Positions 19,781-29,597 of a stretch of 64,000 nucleotides of DNA are shown here, piece by piece. The DNA is from Acidobacteriota bacterium. Its GTDB lineage: Bacteria; Acidobacteriota; Aminicenantia; Aminicenantales; Saccharicenantaceae. Under the pieces are notes generated by a model. The model worked only from the letters and a program-made list of their open reading frames with translations. It was not told the DNA's origin and did not search any database. The position numbers and the translations under genes were made by a program. The stretch spans positions 7,596 through 71,595 of the forward strand of contig JAQURD010000010.1 of NCBI GenBank assembly GCA_028749115.1. The letters run 5' to 3'. The first letter of the stretch is position 1, and every line of letters begins with the position of its first letter.

Positions 19781-20896
19781 ATGAAAAACGCTTGGAAAGT
19801 TGGCCGTATCGCTGGCATCGAGATTAAGATTGACTCGAGCTGGATAATTATCTTTCTACTATTTACTTTTTCCTTAGCTGCTTTTTATTTTCCTCATACT
19901 TTCCTGTTGGTTAACCATGGCTATTACTGGCTTCTTGGCCTTGTTACCAGCTTGCTGGTCTTTGCCTCGGTCTTGTTTCATGAATTGGCTCACTCTGTGG
20001 TAGCCCGGAGGCAGGGGGAAAAAGTTGAGGACATTACTCTTTTTATTCTTGGTGGTGTGGCTCGCATAAGCGAGGAGCTCAAAGAGCCAAAAAAGGAATT
20101 TTATTTAGCCTTAGCGGGTCCTGCCTCCAGTTTTGTACTGGGTGGTTTTTTTCTGCTCTTATCATTTGGTTTAAAAAATATTTCCCATCCGCTGCAGATT
20201 GCCTCGGCTTATCTGGCTTACGTTAATCTAGTGCTGGGGGGATTTAATCTGCTGCCTGGTTTCCCGATGGATGGTGGGCGTGTACTTAGGGCTGTCCTTT
20301 GGCGGGCAACCGGCGACTTGAAGAAAGCCACCAGAATAGCTTCCGGCGTCGGGCAGGGCATTGCCTTTTTCCTGATTTTCATTGGCCTGGTGCAGTTTTT
20401 CCGCGGAAACCTGGGTGGGTTATGGATGGTGCTGATTGGCTGGTTCCTCCACAGTGCTTCAGTTCAGGGCTATTCGCAGGTAGTATTAAGATCGGTTCTG
20501 CAGGGTTTTAGAGCCGCTGATTTAATGGAAAGAAACTTTATTTCGGTTAATCCCGAGCTGCCGGTTGAAACCCTTGTTCATGATTACATCCTTAAAAAGC
20601 ATGAAAGGGTATTTCTGGTCACAGATGATGATATCTTTCTCGGTCTGGTCTGTCTGGAAGATGTCAAAAAATTTCCACGCTCGCGCTGGCCGGAACTCAG
20701 GGTCAGCCAGATCATGACACCGGTCGAAAAAATTGTTTCTATCAGGCCGGAAGCTAATGGAGATGAGGTCTTGAACAGCCTGGTTAATAACGAGGTCAAT
20801 CAATTGCCGGTGCTGGAAAACGGCCGGGTGGTGGGAATTATCAGCCGGACTGATTTGCTCCGTATTCTTCAACTCCGGACTGATCTTGGTATCTGA
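19781..20896 (+). CDS. site-2 protease family (M50) zinc metalloprotease with tandem CBS domains
   Basis: TM-embedded HELAH (HExxH), NLLPGFPMDGG motif, C-terminal CBS pair. Confidence 0.85.
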   Translation: MKNAWKVGRIAGIEIKIDSSWIIIFLLFTFSLAAFYFPHTFLLVNHGYYWLLGLVTSLLVFASVLFHELAHSVVARRQGEKVEDITLFILGGVARISEELKEPKKEFYLALAGPASSFVLGGFFLLLSFGLKNISHPLQIASAYLAYVNLVLGGFNLLPGFPMDGGRVLRAVLWRATGDLKKATRIASGVGQGIAFFLIFIGLVQFFRGNLGGLWMVLIGWFLHSASVQGYSQVVLRSVLQGFRAADLMERNFISVNPELPVETLVHDYILKKHERVFLVTDDDIFLGLVCLEDVKKFPRSRWPELRVSQIMTPVEKIVSIRPEANGDEVLNSLVNNEVNQLPVLENGRVVGIISRTDLLRILQLRTDLGI

Positions 20897-20916
20897 TCTT
20901 AGATGTCTAGAATGAG

Positions 20917-21678
20917 GTGAAAAATACCATGGGCGAGGCAGGGAAAAACCAAAAAGGGAGAAAAGAAGCTGGCCTATCACGGAAGATATCAAAAAGTTCT
21001 CCGCATGAGTTTCCCCATACTGAACGGGCAGCCAGAGTTGTAAAAATAATAAAAATTCTCAGGCAGGAATATCCATCACCCCGGACAGCTCTTCACTACC
21101 GGACACCGCTGGAGCTATTAATTGCCACCATTCTGGCTGCTCAGTGCACCGATGAACGGGTCAATAAGATCACACCCGGCCTTTTTAAGAAATATCCGGC
21201 AGTTGAAGATTTTGCCCGGGCAAAACAGGAAGAATTAGAAAATGATATCCGTTCGGCCGGCTTTTTCCGGAATAAGGCCAGGAATATAATTGCCCTATCG
21301 AAAAAGCTGGTAGAGGAATACGGCGGGAAGGTACCAGATTCGATGGAGGAGCTGATAAAACTGCCGGGTGTGGCCAGAAAGACGGCCAATATTGTGCTGG
21401 CTTCAGCTTTTAAAAAGGCTGAAGGCATTGCTGTTGATACTCATGTAAAGAGGCTGGCCGGAAGATTTGAACTCAGTCAGGAGACGCAGCCAGAAAAAAT
21501 AGAAAAGGATCTTATGGCGATTGTGCCGAAGGCCGACTGGCTGGATTTTAATTTTCTGCTGGTCGAGCACGGGCGGAAAGTCTGCCGGGCGAGAAAACCG
21601 CGCTGTCTGGAATGCATACTCCAGGAAATTTGTCCTTCTTTTGAGAAACTGGCTGGGACAGGGAAGAAGGAGAGATAA
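20917..21678 (+). CDS. nth: endonuclease III (HhH-GPD DNA glycosylase) with basic N-terminal extension
   Basis: HhH-GPD motif LPGVARKTANIVL; C-terminal 4Fe-4S loop Cx6CxxCxxxxxC. Confidence 0.85.
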   Translation: MKNTMGEAGKNQKGRKEAGLSRKISKSSPHEFPHTERAARVVKIIKILRQEYPSPRTALHYRTPLELLIATILAAQCTDERVNKITPGLFKKYPAVEDFARAKQEELENDIRSAGFFRNKARNIIALSKKLVEEYGGKVPDSMEELIKLPGVARKTANIVLASAFKKAEGIAVDTHVKRLAGRFELSQETQPEKIEKDLMAIVPKADWLDFNFLLVEHGRKVCRARKPRCLECILQEICPSFEKLAGTGKKER

Positions 21679-22695
21679 ATGCCACGGCGTGAGGCGATGC
21701 TTTATGACCGGCTCGAAGGTCAGCGGGCTGAGTGCCATCTGTGTGCCCACCGCTGCGTGCTTAAGGCTGGTCAGTTTGGTATTTGTGGGGTCAGGCAGAA
21801 TGTGGAAGGTGTGCTTTATACATATGCCTATGAAGAGGTTATTGCTGCCCACATTGATCCGATCGAGAAAAAGCCATTTTTCCACTTTTTGCCCGGAAGC
21901 GAGGCTTTGTCTTTAGCTACCATCGGCTGCAATTTTCAGTGCCCCTTCTGCCAGAACTGGGAAATTTCTCAAGCCAGAACTTCGGATGGAAGAGAGGGGA
22001 CAGGAGGGAGTTATCTGCCGGTTAAGGAAGTAATCAGACGGGCAAAAATTAATCACTGTGCTAGCATTTCTTATACCTATACTGAACCAACTATCTTTTT
22101 CGAATATGCCTTTGATGTGGCCAGACTGGCTAAGGAAGCCGGGATTAGAAATAATTTTGTGACCAACGGTTTTATAACGCCCGAGGCTCTGGAGACCATC
22201 AAGCCTTATTTAGATGCCGCCAATGTTGATTTGAAATTCTTCCGGGAAGAAAAATATCAGAAAATCTGCAAAGCCAGGCTTCAGCCCGTTCTGGACTCAA
22301 TAAAGAAGATGAAAGAATTGAACATCTGGGTGGAGGTCACGACGCTCGTTATCCCCGGGGAAAATGATTCGCGGCAAGAGCTTCAGGATATGGCCAGGTT
22401 TTTAGCCAGTATTGATCCCGATATTCCCTGGCATCTGAGCCGCTTTCATCCTGACTATAAATACCTTGACAACGAGGCTACACCTGTGGAGACGCTGAGG
22501 ATGGCCCGTGACATTGGCCGGGAGGCCGGGCTGAATTATATTTATGTGGGGAATGTCTGGGGCGAGGGAGAAGATACGATTTGTCCGCAATGCGGGGCGC
22601 TGCTCATTGAGAGGGAAGGTTTTGCGGTCAGGGAGAACAGAATTAAGGCCGGTCATTGCCCCGATTGCGGCCGCCGCATCGCCGGTGTTTTCTAA
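21679..22695 (+). CDS. radical SAM enzyme (AmmeMemoRadiSam-system / PFL-activase-like subfamily)
   Basis: CNFQCPFCQN (CxxxCxxC), N-terminal CHLCAHRC Cys cluster, and C-terminal CPQCG...CPDCG zinc-ribbon-like pair. Confidence 0.75.
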   Translation: MPRREAMLYDRLEGQRAECHLCAHRCVLKAGQFGICGVRQNVEGVLYTYAYEEVIAAHIDPIEKKPFFHFLPGSEALSLATIGCNFQCPFCQNWEISQARTSDGREGTGGSYLPVKEVIRRAKINHCASISYTYTEPTIFFEYAFDVARLAKEAGIRNNFVTNGFITPEALETIKPYLDAANVDLKFFREEKYQKICKARLQPVLDSIKKMKELNIWVEVTTLVIPGENDSRQELQDMARFLASIDPDIPWHLSRFHPDYKYLDNEATPVETLRMARDIGREAGLNYIYVGNVWGEGEDTICPQCGALLIEREGFAVRENRIKAGHCPDCGRRIAGVF

Positions 22696-22980
22696 AAACA
22701 GGGGACGCAATCTATATTTCCTATTTTTTATAAGACACCTGAGATGAGCACCAGCGATTCTGGCTTGATTATGTTCATTTCCGGTGAAATAATAAATAAC
22801 AAGAGTGAATTTCTATCGGCTTAATTTGATAATATAAAGAATCAGAGCTCGAAGCCATTACTTTCTAAAAAGGAATCAGAAAAAATGAACGATTACCTCT
22901 CAGCCTTATTGGAGGTGAAGACAGTGACTTCTGCTTTTGCTCCTGGTAAAAGCGAGGCAATTATAAGTTTTTAAAAGCAA

Positions 22981-23454
22981 ATGAACAAAAAAATAGGAAA
23001 TATAAATTGTGTCCCTATTTTAAAGTATGAATTTTTGCCTCATATGGCCGATGCCAAATTCCGTGCCTATGGGCATTCGCTGGAGGAAGTGCTGGCCAAT
23101 GCGGCCGAGGCCATGGTCTCTTTGATGTGGGAGGCAGACAAAATAAGGCCGCTCAGGAGAGAATCAATAAGAGTTGAGGCCTCAAACCTCGAGCAGCTAA
23201 CCGTCAAGTTTTTAACTGAATTCCTCTATCTTTTTGAAGTCAAATCGTTTCTGTTGACGAATGTGGAATCTATAAAAATTGAGGAAGTTAAAAGAGATAC
23301 GGGGGAGCTTTTCCGCCTGGAGGCGGAGGTGGTAGGAGATGACACTCCTCCTGGATATGAAGTTTACGGGCTGGTTAAGGCTGTAACTTATAATGAAATG
23401 AAAATCGAGAAAATTGAAGAAGGCTGGAGGTTAGAAGTCGTCGTTGATATGTGA
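22981..23454 (+). CDS. archease (RtcB activator)
   Basis: YEFLPHMADAKFRAYGHSLEEVLANAAEAM N-terminal archease signature; directly upstream of rtcB. Confidence 0.8.
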   Translation: MNKKIGNINCVPILKYEFLPHMADAKFRAYGHSLEEVLANAAEAMVSLMWEADKIRPLRRESIRVEASNLEQLTVKFLTEFLYLFEVKSFLLTNVESIKIEEVKRDTGELFRLEAEVVGDDTPPGYEVYGLVKAVTYNEMKIEKIEEGWRLEVVVDM

Positions 23455-24883
23455 GGGAAAAATGGATTTAGTTAAAGTGAGCGAGTATGTCTGGGAAATA
23501 CCAAAGTCTGGTCAGATGCGAGTTCCGGCCAGGATTTATGCTTCCCGGCGGCTTATTGACTTAGCCGGGCGGGACCAGACTTTACAGCAGGCTAAGAATG
23601 TAGCCTGTCTCTCAGGCATTCAGACCATGTCCTACGTCATGCCGGATGCCCATCAGGGCTATGGTTTTCCGATTGGCGGGGTGGCGGCTTTTGACCTTGA
23701 TGAAGGAATTATTTCTCCGGGTGGAGTTGGTTATGACATTAACTGTGGGGTCAGGCTGCTGCGAACAGATCTTAAGGAGAGTGACCTTATTGCCAGAAAA
23801 AAAGAGCTGCTGGCCGAAATCTTTAAAGAAGTTCCGGCCGGCGTAGGGAAGGGTGGAGTTACCAGGCTCAACAGCCGTGTCCTCAAAGAAATTTTGATCA
23901 AAGGCGCCAGATGGGCGGTTGAGCAGGGCTATGGCTCGGCCGAAGACCTCGACCGGACAGAAGAAGGCGGGCAGATGAAGGAGGCCTCCTGCGAATTTAT
24001 TTCAGACAGGGCGATGGAGAGAGGCCTTCCACAGCTGGGGACGCTCGGCGCAGGTAATCATTTCCTGGAGGTTCAGAAAGTTGACGAAATTTATGATGAA
24101 AAAGTCGCCAGGGTGTTTGGCATTGAGGATAAGGATCAGATTCTGGTTATGATTCACTGTGGGAGCCGTGGACTCGGCCATCAAATTGCTACCGATTATA
24201 TTGAGCTCATGGAAAACGAGTTTGGTTTTAAAGACCTGCCGGATCGCGAACTGATCAACGCGCCCTTTAAGTCCAGACTCGGCCAGCAGTATTATCGGTC
24301 AATGTGTGCCGCCGTCAATTATGCCTTTGCCAACCGGCAGATGATTGCTCACTGGGTGAGAAATGTCTTTGAGAAGGTGATGGGTGAAGCTAGAGGGATA
24401 CGGCAGATTTATGATGTCTGTCATAATGTGGCTAAGGTTGAAAAGCATACAGTTAGTGGAAAGGAGAAGCTCCTCTGTGTCCACCGCAAAGGTGCCACGC
24501 GGAGTTTTGGTCAGGGGCGGCCGGAGATTCCAGCCGTTTATCGCCAGGTCGGGCAGCCGGTTTTAATCCCGGGAAGTATGGGTACCGCCTCATATGTTCT
24601 GGTTGGGACAGAGGAAGCCGAGGAGAAAAGTTTTAGCTCAACCGCTCACGGAGCAGGTCGGGTGATGAGCCGCAACGAAGCTTTGCGTCGTTTTCGCGGC
24701 GAGCAGATCAGGGATGAACTGGCCAGAAAAGGCATCGAGCTAAAAGCGGCGAGCTGGAAAGGTGTGGCCGAGGAGGCAGCGGCAGCTTACAAGGATGTGG
24801 ACGAAGTGGTCAAAGTCTCGCATGAGACTGGCCTGGGGAAATTAGTCGCGCGTCTCGTCCCGGTCGGCGTGATGAAAGGCTAA
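23444..24883 (+). CDS. rtcB: RNA-splicing ligase RtcB (likely true start ATG 23462 with SD GAGGG)
   Basis: GYDINCG, NHF, HNVA, GAGR motifs of the RtcB family. Confidence 0.9.
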   Translation: MICEGKMDLVKVSEYVWEIPKSGQMRVPARIYASRRLIDLAGRDQTLQQAKNVACLSGIQTMSYVMPDAHQGYGFPIGGVAAFDLDEGIISPGGVGYDINCGVRLLRTDLKESDLIARKKELLAEIFKEVPAGVGKGGVTRLNSRVLKEILIKGARWAVEQGYGSAEDLDRTEEGGQMKEASCEFISDRAMERGLPQLGTLGAGNHFLEVQKVDEIYDEKVARVFGIEDKDQILVMIHCGSRGLGHQIATDYIELMENEFGFKDLPDRELINAPFKSRLGQQYYRSMCAAVNYAFANRQMIAHWVRNVFEKVMGEARGIRQIYDVCHNVAKVEKHTVSGKEKLLCVHRKGATRSFGQGRPEIPAVYRQVGQPVLIPGSMGTASYVLVGTEEAEEKSFSSTAHGAGRVMSRNEALRRFRGEQIRDELARKGIELKAASWKGVAEEAAAAYKDVDEVVKVSHETGLGKLVARLVPVGVMKG

Positions 24884-25478
24884 AGACAGGGGCGCACATA
24901 GTTGTCCCCTGTTTATAGACATCGCTGACTTCAATTGACGGTAGTTCCAGAGGCGCCGTTCGCCACAGCTCAATAGAGGCGGTGGCTTCAACCGGCCTTT
25001 TTCTGTCGATAGCGACATAGACTACCGGATGATTGGCATCCGCCCAAACCCTCGTCACGACTTTACCATCTCCCTCGCCGGCCTGAATTTCGATAGCGGC
25101 CTGGCTTAAGCGGAGAGTCTGACTGAAGGCTTTTGATTGGAGGAGGGGATTGGGATTGAGATGCACTCTTACCCGGCCGAGTTTAAGCAGGCGGCAGTTA
25201 TCATCCCAGGAATCGGTTTTGCCAATATAAAAAAGGAGGTCGCCGCTTTCTTCCACCCAGACGTTGAGACTGATATCTTCATTTCCGGCCGACATTGTTC
25301 CCCAGGTATTCGCGCTGGGGGAAGTCCAGACGATGTTGTATTTATCCAGGCTGCGGACAGGATCATAACCACTTCTTATACAACCATGAATAATTAGTGA
25401 GATTAAAATCAATAATGATGTCCGGGTAAATAAAGCCAGGCTGGATGAGGTTGGCTCTGGGATATGGGATTTTTTCAT
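24810..25478 (-). CDS. hypothetical lipoprotein
   Basis: MKKSH...LILISLIIHGC lipobox-like signal. The 3' end overlaps the rtcB 3' end by ~74 nt, convergently. Confidence 0.45.
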   Translation of the reverse strand: MKKSHIPEPTSSSLALFTRTSLLILISLIIHGCIRSGYDPVRSLDKYNIVWTSPSANTWGTMSAGNEDISLNVWVEESGDLLFYIGKTDSWDDNCRLLKLGRVRVHLNPNPLLQSKAFSQTLRLSQAAIEIQAGEGDGKVVTRVWADANHPVVYVAIDRKRPVEATASIELWRTAPLELPSIEVSDVYKQGTTMCAPVFSLSSRRPGRDARLISPGQSHARL

Positions 25479-25724
25479 CGCAGTTAGCATGGATCTTTCC
25501 TTTTTCCTTTTTTACATCAACCGCTGCTGATTATCAACGGGGATCAGCTGTGCCAGATAAGGCTGTTATGTCTCCGCAGTGTCAATTACCAGGGTAAACA
25601 AAACGAAAAAAATATATTTTTAAATTAGTACTTGACAAATAGTAACGAATACATTACATTATGAGTCGTATGGGTAACATTTTGATACCCGTAGGTAATT
25701 AGGTAATAATGAAAGGAAAAAAAC

Positions 25725-26174
25725 ATGAACGAAAGCATTGAACGCCTTGATCAGAAACGGAAAGGAGCTCTGAAGACCTACGTGCTTGGTGGCTTGCTTT
25801 TCTATGGCGCCTGGATTTTCAGGTTTATATTACGGGAAACAGGACATCTAACCGACGCTCTCGATTATGCCATTGCTGTGCCCTTTGCCATTGGCGTGAT
25901 TATCTTGCTTTATTCATTTGTCAGGGTGCTTCAGGTTCGACGGGCAATGGAGAAAAATCCTGAGTTCATGGAAGCTCTGGATGACGAGCGGGTCAGGATA
26001 AACATTCTTCTGGCCTTTAAGTTCGGTTTTTTTGCCATCCTGGCCGGGTTGATCTTTTTTGCTGTTTTTAACTTCTTTTCTCCCATCAAGGACGTTAACG
26101 CCATTTTCATAGGGCTTCTGTTGTTAGGGGCTTTTGCTTACGTGTTGAAATTCTACATTCTGGAAAGGGATTAA
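25725..26174 (+). CDS. membrane protein (4 TM), partner of the downstream HTH regulator
   Basis: Four hydrophobic helices; a 3-nt gap to the next gene suggests an operon. Confidence 0.5.
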   Translation: MNESIERLDQKRKGALKTYVLGGLLFYGAWIFRFILRETGHLTDALDYAIAVPFAIGVIILLYSFVRVLQVRRAMEKNPEFMEALDDERVRINILLAFKFGFFAILAGLIFFAVFNFFSPIKDVNAIFIGLLLLGAFAYVLKFYILERD

Positions 26175-26176
26175 CC

Positions 26177-26419
26177 ATGCCAGGGGATAAACTCCACAAT
26201 ACCCTGAAAGTCCATCGTGCCCGGCTGGACTGGACACAGGAAGAACTGGCGAGCCGGGTAGGCGTTACTCGCAAGACCATTAACACTATCGAAAACTGCG
26301 TCTTTGTGCCCTCCACTGTGCTGGCTCTCAAGCTGGCCAGGGTTTTCGGCGTCAAGGTCGAAGACCTCTTCCAGCTGGCAGATGAGGACAGCTCGGGAAT
26401 AATGGAGAAAACGGACTGA
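26177..26419 (+). CDS. XRE-family (Cro/C1-type) helix-turn-helix transcriptional regulator
   Basis: QEELASRVGVTRKTINTIENCVFVPSTVLALKLARVFGVKVEDLF, a canonical short XRE HTH. Confidence 0.8.
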   Translation: MPGDKLHNTLKVHRARLDWTQEELASRVGVTRKTINTIENCVFVPSTVLALKLARVFGVKVEDLFQLADEDSSGIMEKTD

Positions 26420-26449
26420 TTCGACAACCGGGAAAACGGGCGACAATTA

Positions 26450-28159
26450 TCATAAGAGTGACAGAAGCCTGTTAAGAGGCAGGGTGTTGACAACATCCTG
26501 CCTGGTCAGCCAGGCCCGGCGGGCAATCCCCAGCCCATAGCGCATCATGCCAAATCCATGGGCATAGTGAGTATCGGTGCCAATCGAAATCAAAACGCCC
26601 TTCTCTTTAGCTTTTTTCAAATTAAATTCATCCAGGTCCAGGCGATCATAATAGGCATTAAGTTCAAGGATTTTCTTATGTTCAGCTGCCGCTTCGATAA
26701 TTTTATCCACATCAACATCGTAGCCCTCTCGCCCGGAAATAAGTCTGCCCGTCGGATGACCGATGATATTGACTGACGGATGCTTTACGGCAGCGATAAT
26801 TCTTTCGGTAACATTTTTCTTAAAGCCAGAATGAATGGAAGCCACCACGATATCGAGCTTCTTCAGCAGTTCTTCCGGGCAGTTAATTGTGCCATCGCCC
26901 AGAATGTCCACTTCTATTCCTTTGAGGAGTTTAATTCCTTTAAGCTGGCTATTGAGCTTATCTATCTCTTCGATTTGCTCGGCCAGGCGGTCCGGGCTCA
27001 AACCGTGGGCATATCTCGCTGCCTGAGAATGATCACAGATGGCGATATAGCTATAACCCAGCTTTTTCCCGTGCTCGGCCACCTCTTCGAGGCTCATCAT
27101 TCCGTCGCTCCAGTTGCTGTGAACATGGAGATCGCCTTTGATGTCTGCTGCCTCGACAATGACCGGCAGCTTTCCCTCGATGGCCAGTTCTATTTCTCCA
27201 CGATCCTCACGCATCTCCGGGGGGAAAACCGGCAGGCCAAAAACTCCATAAACTTCCTCTTCGCTTTTCCCGGCGATTTTTTTCTCTCCGCGAAAAACTC
27301 CATATTCTGAAATTTTGAGTCCCTTATCCTTAGCCAGTCCGCGCAGCTTGATGTTATGAGCCTTGGAGCCGGTAAAATACTGCAGAGCGGCCCCGTATTC
27401 ATCCTGTTCGACAATTCTTAAATCTACCTGACGCTCTCCCAGCTCAGTTTGAATTAAAATTGAACCCTTGGTTTCACCTTCAGCCAGAACCCTGATCGTC
27501 TTCGGAAACGCCACAAAGTGCTTTATAATTTTTTGCCCATCGCGGCCAGTAGCCAGAATATCAATATCGCCAACTGTTTCTTTCATTCGCCGCAGCGAGC
27601 CGGCCGTCGAGATATGGCTCAAGCCTTCAAACTTTTTTAGGTATTCGATAACTTCCTCGGCAATGGTCATAGCCTCATAAATCGGCATTCTTTCCTGGGC
27701 ATGCTCAAAAAGCTCGATGCCCTTTTTAATATTTTCAACTTTCTTTTCTCCCATCCCGTAAAGTTTTTCCAGGCTGCCATCATCAATTATGCGCTTTAAG
27801 TCATCCAGGTTGTTAACCTTTAGTTCCTGGTGCATCAGGTGGATAGTTCTGCCACCCAGGCCTGGAATTTCCAGAAGCCGCAGCAAGCTTTCAGGCACCT
27901 CTTTCATCACTTCTTCATACCTGGTCATTTTGCCCGTCTGGAGATACTCTTCGATTTTCTCAGCCATGCCCTTGCCGATGCCAGAAATCTCCGACAGTTT
28001 CCCCTGGGCTACCAGCTCGGCCACATCTGCGGTCAAGTCCTCGAGAACCCTGGCCGCCTTCTGGTATGCTACCACCTTAAAGCCTGTTTCTCCCTTGATT
28101 TCCAGGGCGTCAGCAATACGGTAAAAAAGATTGGCAATTTCTTTATTTTTGTTCTCCAT
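26450..28159 (-). CDS. polX: DNA polymerase X family protein with C-terminal PHP phosphoesterase domain
   Basis: N-terminal HhH (GIGKGMAEKI), a Pol beta-like nucleotidyltransferase core, and PHP motifs HVHSNWSDG. Confidence 0.9.
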   Translation of the reverse strand: MENKNKEIANLFYRIADALEIKGETGFKVVAYQKAARVLEDLTADVAELVAQGKLSEISGIGKGMAEKIEEYLQTGKMTRYEEVMKEVPESLLRLLEIPGLGGRTIHLMHQELKVNNLDDLKRIIDDGSLEKLYGMGEKKVENIKKGIELFEHAQERMPIYEAMTIAEEVIEYLKKFEGLSHISTAGSLRRMKETVGDIDILATGRDGQKIIKHFVAFPKTIRVLAEGETKGSILIQTELGERQVDLRIVEQDEYGAALQYFTGSKAHNIKLRGLAKDKGLKISEYGVFRGEKKIAGKSEEEVYGVFGLPVFPPEMREDRGEIELAIEGKLPVIVEAADIKGDLHVHSNWSDGMMSLEEVAEHGKKLGYSYIAICDHSQAARYAHGLSPDRLAEQIEEIDKLNSQLKGIKLLKGIEVDILGDGTINCPEELLKKLDIVVASIHSGFKKNVTERIIAAVKHPSVNIIGHPTGRLISGREGYDVDVDKIIEAAAEHKKILELNAYYDRLDLDEFNLKKAKEKGVLISIGTDTHYAHGFGMMRYGLGIARRAWLTRQDVVNTLPLNRLLSLL

Positions 28160-28316
28160 CCTGACCTCTTTGATATGATTTTATATTACATTCCCGATTT
28201 AAACAAATCCCTGTCTCAGGTTATATTCTTAATTTCCACTTTCTGCGCCCTGATTTTTCTTTATTTACAGAGACTAGCTGGCCTGGTTTTAATTGTTGGT
28301 GAGTAATCGAGGCCAA

Positions 28317-29597
28317 TCAGCCGCTTTTTCCCTCCAGCCTGATCTTAATTGAATTAGCGTGGCCTTCTAAGCCTTCTGCCTGAGCTAAGTGCCGGGCAGC
28401 CGGGCCTATTTCCATTAACCCCTTTTTTGAAACCCTAAGCGCTGTCTGGACTTTTAAAAAATCCCTGACGCTCAACCCGCCGGTGTAACGCGAAGCAGAA
28501 TTGGTAGGCAAAATGTGATTTAACCCCGAGCTATAATCCCCGAGAACCTCAGAAGCATATTCGCCAACAAACAGTGAACCGTAATTTTGCAGTCTGTCTA
28601 TAATTCGCTCCGGTCTTTCCATGAAAACAGCCAGATGTTCTGGTGCCATTCTGTTAGCCAGAGTAACCGCCTCTTCCACATTTTTGACAATAATTATCAG
28701 GCCATTTTTCGTCAGTGATGTTCTTACCGTCTCTCGAGTTGAGATTTTTTCGACCTCTTTCTCAATTTTCTTGTTGACTTTTCTGGCCAGCACTAAATCT
28801 GTTGTAATTAAAACCGGCCTGGCCCGGAAGTCATGCTCAGCCTGAGCGATAAGGTCAGCAGCGATAAAAGCAGGATTGGCTTTTTCATCAGCGATGATTA
28901 GCAGCTCTGTTGGGCCGGCAATAAAATCTATTCCCACCTGGCCAAAAAGTTCTTTTTTAGCTGCGGTGACATAAAGATTTCCCGGGCCGACGATTTTATC
29001 AACTTTTTTAATTGATTCTGTTCCCAGAGCCATGGCGGCTATAGCTTGAGCTCCGCCCAGTCTGTAAACCTCATCTACCTGGCTGAGCCGGGCAGCATAA
29101 AGAAGAGCCGGGTGGAGACTGCCTTCAAACGATGGGGGAGAGCAGACTATGATTTTTTTCACCCCGGCCAACCTGGCTGGAATGGCAGCCATTAATAGTG
29201 ATGAAAACAGCGGGTATCTTCCGCCGGGGACATAAATCCCGACCCGGTTAACAGGAATAATCTTTTGCTCGGCTGTGACTCCAGGCTTGATTTTAACGTT
29301 CAGGCTTTTCAGACTGGACAGTTGCGACCGGCTCATAACTTTTAGATTTTTGGCCGCTTGAGCCATAGCTTTTTTCAGGCTGCTCCCCACTTTTTTTCCT
29401 GCACTTTTTATTTCCTGCTGGCTTAGCCTAAAATCGTTAAGGTTTACGCCATCATACAAAAGAGTAAATTTTTTCAGAGCCTCATCGCCTTTCTGTCTTA
29501 CTTCCTCAATTATCTGGCGGACATCTACCAGGCACTCTGGCTCAGCATAATCAAAAAAAGTTTTTTGAATTTCTTTCCCCCGGCAAATTTTAAGCAT
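28317..29597 (-). CDS. hisD: histidinol dehydrogenase
   Basis: HisD length and motifs (GPGNLYV, AGPTE, QAEHD). Confidence 0.9.
   Translation of the reverse strand: MLKICRGKEIQKTFFDYAEPECLVDVRQIIEEVRQKGDEALKKFTLLYDGVNLNDFRLSQQEIKSAGKKVGSSLKKAMAQAAKNLKVMSRSQLSSLKSLNVKIKPGVTAEQKIIPVNRVGIYVPGGRYPLFSSLLMAAIPARLAGVKKIIVCSPPSFEGSLHPALLYAARLSQVDEVYRLGGAQAIAAMALGTESIKKVDKIVGPGNLYVTAAKKELFGQVGIDFIAGPTELLIIADEKANPAFIAADLIAQAEHDFRARPVLITTDLVLARKVNKKIEKEVEKISTRETVRTSLTKNGLIIIVKNVEEAVTLANRMAPEHLAVFMERPERIIDRLQNYGSLFVGEYASEVLGDYSSGLNHILPTNSASRYTGGLSVRDFLKVQTALRVSKKGLMEIGPAARHLAQAEGLEGHANSIKIRLEGKSG

Noticed and set aside
22696-22729. Considered calling the 21-nt repeat a rho-independent terminator
   Set aside because: The putative stem is AT-rich and weak. 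The repeat was reported as an unexplained conserved motif instead of a terminator feature.
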